DNA from: Candidatus Wolframiiraptor gerlachensis
Lineage (GTDB): Archaea; Thermoproteota; Nitrososphaeria_A; Caldarchaeales; Wolframiiraptoraceae
Direction: 5' to 3'
Assembly: GCA_021323375.2 (NCBI GenBank)
Contig: JAJPCT020000023.1
Span: 35,803 to 99,802 of the forward strand
DNA length: 64,000 bases
Part shown: in pieces, positions 28,337 through 38,275 of the stretch
Layout: every line of letters starts with the position of its first letter
How positions within the stretch are numbered: position 1 is the stretch's first letter
Translations under genes and position numbers: made by a program
The notes under the pieces: model-generated
Told to the model about the DNA's origin: nothing
Seen by the model: the letters and a program-made list of their open reading frames with translations, nothing else
The model's database searches: none

Positions 28337-29094
28337 TCCTCATCAGCCTCCAGCATCGGCGCAATCATCCTTCCATCGAGGATCGGGCCATCCCTGCAGA
28401 CTCTAAGTCCAAGCGGCTCGATGGAGCATGAGCCGCATATCCCGGCGCCGCATTTTATCCTTCTCTCGAATGATGCTTCAACAGGCAGCCCAGCCCTCAA
28501 GCACTCCCGCATCACCGCTAAATTCAGCTCCTCCTTCCCGCAGACATAGACCACGTCATAGCTCCTGCCCCGGATCACGCTCCTGAATAGGTCAAGGACA
28601 GTTCCGTGATAGCCGGATGATCCATGCTCAACCGAGATCTCGACCTCGCCGAGCCTCGCGAACTCCTCCCGGTAGAATATATCGTCATCGGACTTGAAGC
28701 CTAGGAGCGCCTTTACACTGCATCCCGCGATCCTCAGGTTCTTCGCTAGGAAGTATAGTGGAGCGAGGCCGTATCCGCCGGCTACTAGGAGCGCGCGGCC
28801 GCTCGGGGCCCACGTGAACCCCCTTCCAAGAGGCCCTCGGATAAAGACCCTATCACCGGCCATGAGCCTCTCATGCATGTAGCCCGTGACCCTTCCAACC
28901 CTCGCCACTATGAACTTGACGATGTTATCCTCGGCGTCGGCGAAGCTTAATGGTATCTCTCCGACGCGGGGTATCCAGAGCATCGCGAACTGGCCCGGCT
29001 CGGGCTCGACGCGGTCCTCCAAGATTATTTCGTATTCCTTGATGTTCTTGGTCAGATCTCTTAGCCTCTCTATCACTCCTGTAATGTAGCTCAT
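28333..29094 (-). CDS. pyrK: Dihydroorotate dehydrogenase electron-transfer subunit
   Basis: PGQFAMLW, RGPLGRGF, CGAGICGSC...VCRDGP 2Fe-2S motif. Confidence 0.93.
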   Translation of the reverse strand: MSYITGVIERLRDLTKNIKEYEIILEDRVEPEPGQFAMLWIPRVGEIPLSFADAEDNIVKFIVARVGRVTGYMHERLMAGDRVFIRGPLGRGFTWAPSGRALLVAGGYGLAPLYFLAKNLRIAGCSVKALLGFKSDDDIFYREEFARLGEVEISVEHGSSGYHGTVLDLFRSVIRGRSYDVVYVCGKEELNLAVMRECLRAGLPVEASFERRIKCGAGICGSCSIEPLGLRVCRDGPILDGRMIAPMLEADED

Positions 29095-29573
29095 GGCCTC
29101 GACTCCAGCTGCCGCGCGATGTCATCGAATGTTAGGGCTAGGCCGCAGTAGTCGCAAACGAGCTTGAGCGGGTCGTAGCTCGCGGTTATGAACCTGGGCT
29201 TAACTGGCTCATTCCTCTGATTAGTGATGCAGTTTGGGTTCTTGCATCTGAGGAATCCCTCGACAACCTTGGGAGGGACAGCCTTCCTCTTCTCAACGAC
29301 AGTGTAGTCCTTTACCACGTTTATCGTCGCCATAGGAGCTAGGAGGGCGATCTTATCCGTGTCCTCAGGCCTTAGCTCCAGCCCCTCCACCTTGATTATA
29401 TCTTTTCTACCAAGCTTCCTGCTCTCTACATTCATGACTATCGCGACCGTGAATCCCTCCTTACCCGTTATCCCCATAAGCCTCAAGATGCTGAGAGCTC
29501 GGCCCGCCGGGATATGATCTATGATTGTCCCATCTCTTATCTTTGCTACGAGTAGGGGCTTCTCCGCCATCAC
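29091..29573 (-). CDS. pyrI: Aspartate carbamoyltransferase regulatory subunit
   Basis: GTIIDHI, KDIIKVE, CKNPNCIT, CDYC. Confidence 0.96.
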   Translation of the reverse strand: MMAEKPLLVAKIRDGTIIDHIPAGRALSILRLMGITGKEGFTVAIVMNVESRKLGRKDIIKVEGLELRPEDTDKIALLAPMATINVVKDYTVVEKRKAVPPKVVEGFLRCKNPNCITNQRNEPVKPRFITASYDPLKLVCDYCGLALTFDDIARQLESRP

Positions 29574-29576
29574 GCA

Positions 29577-30494
29577 TCACCCAACGAGTATTAGCTTGAG
29601 GAGGGCCATTCTCACGGGAACCCCGAGAGCAGCCTGCTCAAAGTATTTGGCATGTGATGTCGAGTCCACCTCGAAGCTTATCTCATTCACTCTTGGCAGC
29701 GGGTGGAGTATTGTCAGGTTCTTCTTGGCGCCTTTAAGGCTCTCCCCTGTTATCACATAGCTCCCCCTCACCATCTCATACTCGCTTGGGTCTGGGAACC
29801 TCTCCCTCTGTATCCTGCTCGCGTAGAGGACGTCAAGCTCTCCCACTACCTCCTCGAGCCTCTGAACCTCTTTGAAATCTATGCCCGCCTCCACTAGGAG
29901 TTCGCGGGTATCATCCCTAACCCTTAGTTGAGGTGGCGAGATCAGGTATAGCCTCCCTATCCTAAACTTTGTCAAGGCGGCTATGAAGGAGTTCGTCGCC
30001 CTCCCATACTTCAGATCCCCCAAGACACCTATCGTCAGTCCATCTACTCCCCCGTGAAGCCTCCTTATAGTGTAGAGGTCTATCATGGCCTGTGTCGGGT
30101 GGTTTCTGCTGCCATCCCCCGCGTTTATCACGGGCTTCTCCGCGATCTCGGCCGCGAGCTTCGCCGCGCCCTCAAGCTTATGCCTTATCACTATCACGTC
30201 AGCATATGAGTCCAGCATCCTCACGGTGTCAGAGAAGTTCTCGCCCTTCGCTATCGAGCTCTTCTCAACCTCACCCAAGTCTATCACCTCTCCGCCTAAC
30301 CTAAGCATCGCTGTCTGGAAGCTTAGCCTAGTCCTAGTGCTGGGCTCAAAGAACGCCGTCGCCATTATCCTACCCCTGAGGGCGGAGGACCACCTCTCCG
30401 GCGCCTCAAGGATCTCATCAGCCATCCTGAAGATCTCCTCGAAATCCTGCCTACTTAGGTCGCTCACGGATATTATGTCTCTACCCCTCAGCAT
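29577..30494 (-). CDS. pyrB: Aspartate carbamoyltransferase catalytic subunit
   Basis: FFEPSTRT, NAGDG, HPTQ, HPLPR. Confidence 0.97.
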   Translation of the reverse strand: MLRGRDIISVSDLSRQDFEEIFRMADEILEAPERWSSALRGRIMATAFFEPSTRTRLSFQTAMLRLGGEVIDLGEVEKSSIAKGENFSDTVRMLDSYADVIVIRHKLEGAAKLAAEIAEKPVINAGDGSRNHPTQAMIDLYTIRRLHGGVDGLTIGVLGDLKYGRATNSFIAALTKFRIGRLYLISPPQLRVRDDTRELLVEAGIDFKEVQRLEEVVGELDVLYASRIQRERFPDPSEYEMVRGSYVITGESLKGAKKNLTILHPLPRVNEISFEVDSTSHAKYFEQAALGVPVRMALLKLILVG

Positions 30495-31051
30495 TTCGTA
30501 TCACCTCCCCCGCTTACCTCGAGTAGCGAGGTTAGCTGGCTAAGCGTTATCATGGAGTATAGCTTCACTCCAAGCTTTTTCAACCTCTCCCCGGCGCCCT
30601 CCTCCCGGTCAACCACGACGAATGCATCCTCGACCACGAGGCCCTCTGATCTCAGCGCCGAGACCGCTTTCTCCAGCGATGACCCCGTCGTCGCGACATC
30701 GTCCACGAGAAGCGCCCTCATTCCAGGCGCGAAATCCCCCTCGATCAGCTTCCGTGTTCCATGAGCCTTCTGCTCCTTTCTGACATAAATCATCGGCCTC
30801 TCCATGATTAGCGCGAGTGCTGTTGCGAGTGGTATCCCGCTTGACTCGATGCCTGCGAGCATCTCGAAGTCCAACTCCCTTATCCTCCAGGCGCATAGAT
30901 CTACTAGCGCCCTGAACTCACTTGGATGGGAGATAACGGATCTCATGTCTATGTATATTGTGCTCTCGCCGCCGGAGCTTAGGATGAATCTCCCGATCTT
31001 CACGCAGTTGGCGCTCCTCAATATCCCGGCAACCTCACGCATATAAGACAT
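30488..31051 (-). CDS. pyrE: Orotate phosphoribosyltransferase
   Basis: F.LSSG..S..Y.D, YVRKE.K.HG, LVDDVATTGSS. Confidence 0.95.
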   Translation of the reverse strand: MSYMREVAGILRSANCVKIGRFILSSGGESTIYIDMRSVISHPSEFRALVDLCAWRIRELDFEMLAGIESSGIPLATALALIMERPMIYVRKEQKAHGTRKLIEGDFAPGMRALLVDDVATTGSSLEKAVSALRSEGLVVEDAFVVVDREEGAGERLKKLGVKLYSMITLSQLTSLLEVSGGGDTKC

Positions 31052-31754
31052 CTCTCTCAGCCTCCACTATTATGCGAGCTGCCTCAAGGGGCTTCTCCGC
31101 CATTGTTATCGCCCTCCCAACTATCTCGAAGTCCCCACCCATCCTCAGAGCATGCGCCGGGCTTGCGCCCTGTGCAACTATGCCTGGCGAGAGGATAGTC
31201 GTCTCCGGGAGAATCCTTCTCGCCTCCGCGATTAATTGGCCCCGCGTCGCCCCAACTATTATGCCATTCACGTCAGCCGCCTTAGCCTCCTCCAACAGCC
31301 TGTGGAAGCTCTGCTGGATTAGCTGCGCCTGTGGATGGCTCATGGCGACGACCCCGAAGAGGTCTATGCTGCGCCTCACCTCGCCAACCCCTCCTTGGAA
31401 CAGGTGTGCTATCGCAGCGTCAAACCCCATTCTCCAGAAGCCCTCGAGCACGACTTGAATTATCTCGGGTATATCTGAGAGCTTGAAGTCCGCGATCATG
31501 TAGAACTCCCCCTTGAAGCGATCCAGGATCTCGGATATGCCGTCGAACCCTATCGAGAGGCTTAGCGGCAGCCCAATCTTCACCCCGACGACAAACTCCC
31601 GAAGCCCATCAAGGAGGCCAGTGTATCTCTTGATGAGCTGCTGCTTGCCCGCTGAATTATCATGGAGATCGAGGGCGATTATCAGCCTGCTCCGCCTATC
31701 CTCAGAGATCCTCCAAAGCTTCTCCGGAGCCCTTCCACGCGGAACTTGAGCCAC
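31035..31754 (-). CDS. pyrF: Orotidine 5'-phosphate decarboxylase
   Basis: IIALD, DFKLSDIP, MSHP, SPGI..QG, VGRAI. Confidence 0.93.
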   Translation of the reverse strand: MAQVPRGRAPEKLWRISEDRRSRLIIALDLHDNSAGKQQLIKRYTGLLDGLREFVVGVKIGLPLSLSIGFDGISEILDRFKGEFYMIADFKLSDIPEIIQVVLEGFWRMGFDAAIAHLFQGGVGEVRRSIDLFGVVAMSHPQAQLIQQSFHRLLEEAKAADVNGIIVGATRGQLIAEARRILPETTILSPGIVAQGASPAHALRMGGDFEIVGRAITMAEKPLEAARIIVEAERDVLYA

Positions 31755-31783
31755 GAAGCCCTTTCCTGGAAAATGTCAGTCTC

Positions 31784-31793
31784 GTTATAAAGA
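31784..31793 (-). promoter_or_regulatory. TATA box of the pyr operon
   Basis: CTTTATAAC on the minus strand about 35 nt upstream of the pyrF GTG. Confidence 0.55.
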
Positions 31794-31853
31794 TTGCCTC
31801 GGCAGATCCTCTCGCTCCGGCGACTGGATCCCGCTCAAGAGAGGAGACTCCAG

Positions 31854-32660
31854 CTATTGGCCAAGATCGCTCAGTGCATCCACGAACCCCTTTACGAGCC
31901 TCTCAACAGCCTTCTCAGGGCTCATTAGGCTCCTTTTTATCTCGGAAATGATCCTGCTCCCAGCTATAATGCCGTTGGCGCCAAGCTTAGCGAGCTCAAC
32001 CGCTTGATCCGGCCTTGAGACGCCGAAGCCCACCGCCACCGGCTTCTCAGGGTTTAGGCTCTTGCTCCTCCGGAGTAGCTGGATCGCTGTCGGTGGAAGG
32101 GACTCTCTCTCGCCCGTCGTCCCGGTGAGGGATACGAGGTATGCAAATCCCATAGTCTCGTCTAGGATTCTCGCGAGCCTCTCATCACTCGTCGTCGGCG
32201 CTGCTAAGAGCACCAGCGAGATGCCATGCTCCATGGCGACCCTCTTCACGGGGCCAGCCTCCTCGAGGGGTAGATCCGGTATAATTACTCCGCCGACTCC
32301 ATGTCTTGAGGCCTCCTCCATAAACCTCCTCAAGCCCATCCGATAGACGGGATTCAGATACGTCAAGATCACGATCGAGACATCATATCCCGATGAGACT
32401 TCCTTGGCAAGTTCTAGGACCTTCCGTGGGGTTGCCCCTGCCTGAAGAGCCTTGTAGGTCGCATCCTGTATCGTGACTCCATCCGCTATCGGGTCAGAGA
32501 ACGGTATTCCCAGCTCAATTATCTCCGCCCCGGCCTCTACCATCGCTTCAAGTATCCTTCTACACGTCTTCATGTCAGGGTATCCGCCTGTGATATATGG
32601 TATGAAGAGTGATCGGCCTATTCTCCTCGCTCGCCTAAACCTTTCCTCAATCCAATTCAT
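31854..32660 (-). CDS. trpA: Tryptophan synthase alpha chain
   Basis: [36 protein letters not shown]. Confidence 0.96.
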   Translation of the reverse strand: MNWIEERFRRARRIGRSLFIPYITGGYPDMKTCRRILEAMVEAGAEIIELGIPFSDPIADGVTIQDATYKALQAGATPRKVLELAKEVSSGYDVSIVILTYLNPVYRMGLRRFMEEASRHGVGGVIIPDLPLEEAGPVKRVAMEHGISLVLLAAPTTSDERLARILDETMGFAYLVSLTGTTGERESLPPTAIQLLRRSKSLNPEKPVAVGFGVSRPDQAVELAKLGANGIIAGSRIISEIKRSLMSPEKAVERLVKGFVDALSDLGQ

Positions 32661-33847
32661 CTCCCAAGCCTCCTTAGGACTGTCTCGAGATCCTTGTCCC
32701 CCCTGCCCGAGAGATTCACAACTATTATCTCATCTCTCCCGATGTTCTCGGCGAGCTTCATCGCATACGCTAGTGCGTGGGCGGACTCGAGTGCTGGCAG
32801 AATCCCCTCAGTCCTCGATAATGCTAGGAATGCTTGGAGAGCCTCCTCATCAGTTACCGTGAAGTATTGGGCTCTCCCAATCTCCTTGAGGTAGGCGTGC
32901 TCCGGCCCGACCGCGGGGTAGTCTAGGCCGGCTGCTATGCTGTGTGTTCCAGCTATCTGCCCATCCTCATCCTGCAAGACATACGTTAGTGCGCCATGTA
33001 GAACCCCCTCGATACCTCTTACAAGCGATGCTGAGTGTTTTCCAAGATCCTCGCCCTCTCCGCCGGCCTCGACGCCGATCAGCTTGACCTCGCGATCCTC
33101 GATGAATGGGTGGAATATTCCTATCGCGTTGCTCCCACCGCCGACGCATGCTACGATGTAGTCTGGAAGCCTCCCCTCCTTCTCGAGAATCTGCCTCCTC
33201 GTCTCCACTCCTATAACAGACTGGAAATCCCGGACGATCATGGGATATGGATGTGGGCCGACACATGATCCAAGCAGATAATACGTCGTCTCGACATTCG
33301 TCACCCAGTCCCTTATCGCCTCGTTTATTGCGTCCTTTAGAGTCTTCGATCCGGATGAGACGGGGTGGACCTCGGCGCCGAGAAGCCTCATCCTCTGCAC
33401 GTTCATCTTCTGTCTCTCCATGTCTATCTCGCCCATGTAAATCTCGCATCTCAGGCCGAGGACTGCGCAAGCCATAGCGGTCGCGACACCATGCTGCCCG
33501 GCCCCAGTCTCAGCTATCACCCTACTCTTCCCCATCCGCTTGGCAAGCAGCCCCTGGCCCAGCGTGTTGTTTATCTTGTGAGCGCCCCCATGGAGCAGGT
33601 CCTCGCGCTTGAGATAGATCTTCGCCCCGCCCACCATCTTCGTGAGGTTCTCAGCATAGTAGAGCGGCGTCGGCCTGCCAGCATACTCCCTGAGCAGGTA
33701 GTCTAGCTCACGCCTGAAATCTAGGTCATCCCTCAGCCTGAGATAGCTCTCCTCGAGGTCGCTTAGCGCCTCCATCAGCGTCTCGGGGACATATCGCCCG
33801 CCGAACCTGCCAAACCTTCCACCACTCGTCGGAAAATTATATCTCAT
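32657..33847 (-). CDS. trpB: Tryptophan synthase beta chain (TrpB1)
   Basis: [47 protein letters not shown]; start MRYNF at 33847. Confidence 0.97.
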   Translation of the reverse strand: MRYNFPTSGGRFGRFGGRYVPETLMEALSDLEESYLRLRDDLDFRRELDYLLREYAGRPTPLYYAENLTKMVGGAKIYLKREDLLHGGAHKINNTLGQGLLAKRMGKSRVIAETGAGQHGVATAMACAVLGLRCEIYMGEIDMERQKMNVQRMRLLGAEVHPVSSGSKTLKDAINEAIRDWVTNVETTYYLLGSCVGPHPYPMIVRDFQSVIGVETRRQILEKEGRLPDYIVACVGGGSNAIGIFHPFIEDREVKLIGVEAGGEGEDLGKHSASLVRGIEGVLHGALTYVLQDEDGQIAGTHSIAAGLDYPAVGPEHAYLKEIGRAQYFTVTDEEALQAFLALSRTEGILPALESAHALAYAMKLAENIGRDEIIVVNLSGRGDKDLETVLRRLGR

Positions 33848-34451
33848 TAAGCTCCACCTCCCTAACCCTCCTAACAAACTCTCTTATCATGTGCGCGTCC
33901 TTTATCCCGGGAGATGACTCGACCCCGCTTGAGACATCAACACCATATGGCCTGACTATCCGGATCGCGTCCCGGATGTTCGATGGGCTGAGGCCTCCAG
34001 CCAGTATAACGGGAAGCCGAGACATTTCCCGGATCCTCCTGCATATATTCCAGTCGGGCTTCAAACCCCTCCCCATACTGCTGTCGAGAAGTATCGCGTC
34101 GAAGCCATCACAGTCTGGCGCCGCGTCAATATTTGCCTGAATGGGCTTGATAATCCACTTGGCTCCAAGCTCTCTTAGCTGATCCGGGTCAATATCACCA
34201 TATGCTTGGACGGCGTCGGGCCTTATCTCGCGGATAGCCCTAGTTAGCATATCGCGATCGCCTCCATCAACTACTAGGACTACATCGAGGAATGGCGGCG
34301 CCATCATCCTGAGAGTTTTCGCCCTCTCGATCGTGAGGTTTCTCGGTGATCTTGGGAAGCCCACTACTAGGCCCACCGCGTCGGCGCCATTTATGGCGGC
34401 TGCCATCAAATCCGCCTCACGCGTTATCCCACAGATCTTCACCCTAACCAT
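33837..34451 (-). CDS. trpF: Phosphoribosylanthranilate isomerase
   Basis: VKICGIT, LAGGL, DVSSGVE. Confidence 0.95.
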   Translation of the reverse strand: MVRVKICGITREADLMAAAINGADAVGLVVGFPRSPRNLTIERAKTLRMMAPPFLDVVLVVDGGDRDMLTRAIREIRPDAVQAYGDIDPDQLRELGAKWIIKPIQANIDAAPDCDGFDAILLDSSMGRGLKPDWNICRRIREMSRLPVILAGGLSPSNIRDAIRIVRPYGVDVSSGVESSPGIKDAHMIREFVRRVREVELNEI

Positions 34452-35229
34452 CGCCCAGAGCCCCCTTAAGCTCTCTTATCTTCGACGCGATGCTCCCAGA
34501 CCGCATGATAGAGGTGCCAACCAAGAACTTGCTCACGCCGAGCTCCGCGAATCTTCTCACATCGGATGCCGAGGTTATTCCACTCTCGAGAATTATCCGC
34601 TCACAATCGCCGCCATATGTCGCGATGATCTCATAAGCGCGGTCGAGGCTGAGGTCGAGTGTGTCGAGGTTCCTAGAATTCACCCCAAGGAAGTCCGCAT
34701 CATAATGGAGCGATGCTTTGAAGTCCTCTATCGTATAGGATTCGAGCAGGACCTCGAGCCCCATGCCGTGGGCGAGCTCTATCGCATCCCTCAGCTCGAG
34801 CTCCGTGTAGCCCCTCGAGAAGGCCGGGAATATTAGGAGTATTGCTGATGCGCCCGCCCTATGGGCGGCCTCTATCTGGACCTCAGAAACTATGAAGTCC
34901 TTCATCAGGATTGGGAGGCTTGTGATCTCTGAGGCCTCCGCGAGATATCCTATTGACCCGGAGAAGTTGTCGGGATCCGTTAGGATCGAGAGAGCATCAG
35001 CCCCAGCATTCCCCATCTCCATTACGAGGCTTACTGGATCCTGCTCCTCCCTAATCCAGCCCATGGATGGTGATCGGAGCTTCAGCTCGCATATCAGCGA
35101 GATCCCCGGCTTATCCAAGGCCTTAAGCATGCTCGGCCTCCTCACCGCCGCCCTGCATTCATCCAAGCTATAATACCCCTCTGCAACCCTTCTCCTCGCC
35201 TGGGCACATGCCTTCTCGAGAAAGCTCAT
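34444..35229 (-). CDS. trpC: Indole-3-glycerol phosphate synthase
   Basis: ELKLRSPS.G, SILTD..F.GS, PILMKDFI, GVNSRNL, ESGI. Confidence 0.93.
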   Translation of the reverse strand: MSFLEKACAQARRRVAEGYYSLDECRAAVRRPSMLKALDKPGISLICELKLRSPSMGWIREEQDPVSLVMEMGNAGADALSILTDPDNFSGSIGYLAEASEITSLPILMKDFIVSEVQIEAAHRAGASAILLIFPAFSRGYTELELRDAIELAHGMGLEVLLESYTIEDFKASLHYDADFLGVNSRNLDTLDLSLDRAYEIIATYGGDCERIILESGITSASDVRRFAELGVSKFLVGTSIMRSGSIASKIRELKGALGDG

Positions 35230-36293
35230 TCCACCACCCTCATCCATGACTCAAATCTATCTTGATCGCCGCCGGTCTCCTTCACGAGCCTCCTCAGCAG
35301 CTCGATCGGCTTCCCCGATTCTATCACGCGCCAAGCCATCTCCGCACCACCAGCCGGGTCATCAGCCAATCCGCCGACCATTAATGATAGCGATGAGTTC
35401 GCGAGGAGGAGCCTCGTTAATGGATGCCTTTTTCCGAGAGCCCCCGCCAAGGCCTCCAAGGTTCTTCTGATGCACTCATCCCTGCTTCCCACGATTACCT
35501 CTTCAACTCTTGCCTTCTCGAGCCTGAAGCTCTCAGGGCTGAGTATCACCCGCCTAGCCTCCCCATCCTTGATCCAGATCACCATAGTCTCGGAGAATAT
35601 TGATGCCTCATCTATCCCGCCATCCCCATGGATTATCGCGGCCTCCTCTCTTCCAAGTATTCTGACCGCCTCAGCCACGCGCTCTATGAACTCGCGGGAG
35701 AAGACCCCGAGAACCTGAGCATTTATTGGGGCCGGGTTTGTTAGGGGGCCCAGCAAGTTAAAGACCGTCCTTATGCCGATCTCCCTCCTCACGGGCATGA
35801 CATTCTTCATGGATTGATGATATCTCGGCGCGTAGATGAATCCAAAGCCCAGCGACTCGATGCACCTTGAAACCATGTCCGGCTCCAAGTCTATCCTCAC
35901 GCCGACCTCCTCAAGGAAGTCCGCGCTACCACAGTAGCCCGTGAATGATCTATTGCCGTGTTTTGCGACCCGGCATCCAGCCGCAGCGGCTACAAGCCCG
36001 GACGCCGTGCTGACGTTAATAGTCTTGACCAAGTCGCCTCCAGTCCCACACGTGTCTATCAGCCTTCCCCTCATGCGGCTTACCCGTATCGGCGTCGCAA
36101 ACCTTCTCATGATCTCTGACATGGCGGCTATTATTGCTGGATTTTCTCCCCGTATACGGAGGGCGGTGAGGAAGGCGGCGGCCTGAGCATGCGTCGCCTC
36201 ACCCCTCATCAGCTCCTCCATACATCTCGCCGCGAGTTCCGGCTCTATGCTCCCGCGCTCCACAAGCAGCCTTATCGCCTCAACTATGCTCAT
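35226..36293 (-). CDS. trpD: Anthranilate phosphoribosyltransferase
   Basis: DTCGTGGD, NVST, KHGNRS, RTVFNLLGPL.NP, DE. Confidence 0.96.
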   Translation of the reverse strand: MSIVEAIRLLVERGSIEPELAARCMEELMRGEATHAQAAAFLTALRIRGENPAIIAAMSEIMRRFATPIRVSRMRGRLIDTCGTGGDLVKTINVSTASGLVAAAAGCRVAKHGNRSFTGYCGSADFLEEVGVRIDLEPDMVSRCIESLGFGFIYAPRYHQSMKNVMPVRREIGIRTVFNLLGPLTNPAPINAQVLGVFSREFIERVAEAVRILGREEAAIIHGDGGIDEASIFSETMVIWIKDGEARRVILSPESFRLEKARVEEVIVGSRDECIRRTLEALAGALGKRHPLTRLLLANSSLSLMVGGLADDPAGGAEMAWRVIESGKPIELLRRLVKETGGDQDRFESWMRVVE

Positions 36294-36874
36294 ATCATTC
36301 CCTCCAAGAAGTTCCTGAGAATCTTGATCCCGCTAGTGGTTAGGATGGATTCGGGGTGGAACTGCACGCCCGCGATCGGCAGACTTCTATGCCTAACCCC
36401 CATGATCTCGCCATCATCGAGCGATCTCGCGGATATTTCGAGGCAGCCTGGCAGGCTCTCCTCATCGGCGACGAGCGAGTGATATCTCCCGGCCACGAAC
36501 GGGTTCTCGAGCCCCTCGAATATCCCCCTCCCATCATGGCTTATGGGGCTTGGCTTGCCATGCACGATCCTCCTCGCCCTAATCACCCTACCGCCAAACG
36601 CGTGGACTATCAGCTGATGGCCCAAGCATACCCCCAATATCGGCGTATCCCGCGAAAATCTCATTATAACATCCTCGCAGACCCCAGTATACTTTTTCTC
36701 TGATGGATGGCCGGGGCCCGGCGAGATTATGATCCTATCAGGATCAATCTCCTCAACCTCATTCAAGGTGATCCTTTTACTTCGCGCGACTATCGCCTCA
36801 GCTCCTAGCCTGCCAACATAGTCGGCGAGATTATAGACGAATGAGTCGAAATTGTCTAAGATTAGGACGCGCAT
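36290..36874 (-). CDS. trpG: Anthranilate synthase component II
   Basis: DNFDSFVYNL, SPGPG, GVCLGHQ, RYHSL, GVQFHPES. Confidence 0.96.
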   Translation of the reverse strand: MRVLILDNFDSFVYNLADYVGRLGAEAIVARSKRITLNEVEEIDPDRIIISPGPGHPSEKKYTGVCEDVIMRFSRDTPILGVCLGHQLIVHAFGGRVIRARRIVHGKPSPISHDGRGIFEGLENPFVAGRYHSLVADEESLPGCLEISARSLDDGEIMGVRHRSLPIAGVQFHPESILTTSGIKILRNFLEGMI

Positions 36875-38268
36875 CTCTCACCAGCCTCCTCTAATGCCCT
36901 CATAAGCGCCATCATCTTATGCTTGGTCTCCTTCCACTCCCGCTCCGGGATTGAGTCCCAGACGATGCCTGCGCCCGCCTGGATATAGGCTAGGCGCGAT
37001 CTCCTGATCAGAGTCCTTATTGTGATCGCAAAGTCACAGCAGCTATTCAGCGAGAAGTATCCAATCGCCCCTGCATATGGGCCTCTCCTGACGGGCTCGA
37101 GCTCCTCTATTACCTCCATCGCCCTAGGCTTTGGCGCCCCCGAGACTGTTCCAGCCGGGAAGACGGCCTTGAAGGCATCATACATCGTGGCTCCACCTCT
37201 CAGCCTTGCCTTAACCCTTGAGACGATGTGCTTAACGTGGCTATACTTGACTAGGGTCATGAAGTCCTTCACCTCGACTGATCCGGGCTCCGCGATCTTA
37301 GCGAGATCATTCCTAGCGAGATCGACGAGCATAACATGTTCCGCCCTCTCCTTCTCATCGGAGAGAAGCTCGTGGTCGGATTCCTCCTCCAACCTCGGAT
37401 CATTCATCCTCGGCCTAGTCCCGGCTATTGGGAACGTCTCAACCCTGACGCCCTCAACCCTAACCAGCATCTCGGGGCTCGCTCCAACAATCTCATCATC
37501 CCCGAGCCTGAAATAATACATGTAAGGTGATGGATTAAGATCGCGAAGCCTGAGATAGAATGGGAGCAGGTCGCCCTTGATCTCGAACTCGAGCCTCCGT
37601 GAGAGAACTACTTGGAAAATGTCGCCGCGCTCGATATACTTCTTTCCAGCCTCCACGATGCCCATGAACTCGTCCATGCTCATATTGCTCCTCGGGCTGG
37701 TGTATCTGAGACGATGATTGGCGGATGGTGGCCCAGCATCTTTTAGAACCCTCTTGACATTATCCAGCCTGCCATCTCCAGCGCATGAGCAGTAATAATA
37801 CGTCCTCCTCCCATGATCATAGATCAGCACATCCTCGAATAAGCCGAACTTCATGAGCGGGAAGATATTGCTTGGCTTCTCGCGCGATCGGATATCCTCC
37901 CAGAGGAATGAGGCCTCATACGAGACATAGCCTACAAGGCCACCGACAAAGCGGGGCGAGGAAGGGGCGCCCGCGATCGGCCGGGTTAGGCTTCTCAGCA
38001 GATCTAGTGGATCACCCTCTACTTCGCTAACAGAACCATGCTCATGAATTCTCGAGAACCCCTCATAACACTCGATGATGAGCTTGGGGTCGAAGCCGAT
38101 GAAGCTGTATTCAGCGAGCCTCTTGGGGCCTGTTAGAGATTCCAAGAGAAAGGCATCCCGCCAAGCAGCCCTTATGGCCCCGAAAACCTGGAGGGGGGTA
38201 AGCCCAAGATCAAGCCTTATAAGCCTAAGCCGTCTCTCAGCATGATATTCAGAGCCAAAGATAGCCAC
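36862..38268 (-). CDS. trpE: Anthranilate synthase component I (N-terminus possibly supplied by +1 frameshift from the uORF at 38275)
   Basis: FLLES, GDIFQVVLS, NPSPY, PIAGTR, KERAEH.MLVDLARND, FPAGTVSGAPK, QAGAGIV. Confidence 0.96.
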   Translation of the reverse strand: MAIFGSEYHAERRLRLIRLDLGLTPLQVFGAIRAAWRDAFLLESLTGPKRLAEYSFIGFDPKLIIECYEGFSRIHEHGSVSEVEGDPLDLLRSLTRPIAGAPSSPRFVGGLVGYVSYEASFLWEDIRSREKPSNIFPLMKFGLFEDVLIYDHGRRTYYYCSCAGDGRLDNVKRVLKDAGPPSANHRLRYTSPRSNMSMDEFMGIVEAGKKYIERGDIFQVVLSRRLEFEIKGDLLPFYLRLRDLNPSPYMYYFRLGDDEIVGASPEMLVRVEGVRVETFPIAGTRPRMNDPRLEEESDHELLSDEKERAEHVMLVDLARNDLAKIAEPGSVEVKDFMTLVKYSHVKHIVSRVKARLRGGATMYDAFKAVFPAGTVSGAPKPRAMEVIEELEPVRRGPYAGAIGYFSLNSCCDFAITIRTLIRRSRLAYIQAGAGIVWDSIPEREWKETKHKMMALMRALEEAGERCAS

Positions 38269-38275
38269 CGTTCAT
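38249..38275 (-). CDS. Leaderless uORF MNGGYLWL overlapping the trpE start; candidate Trp-sensing +1 frameshift cassette
   Basis: ATG AAC GGT GGC TAT CTT TGG CTC TGA; the A of ATG lies 30 nt after the first T of TTTATATT; the +1 frame at CTT-TGG (TTT GGC TCT GAA) is trpE. Confidence 0.6.
   Translation of the reverse strand: MNGGYLWL

Noticed and set aside
31755-31766. Predicted pyr transcript start near GGGCTTC, resembling the Bacillus pyrG reiterative-transcription start
   Set aside because: No downstream pyrimidine-rich terminator for poly-G to pair with, and the TSS is unmapped
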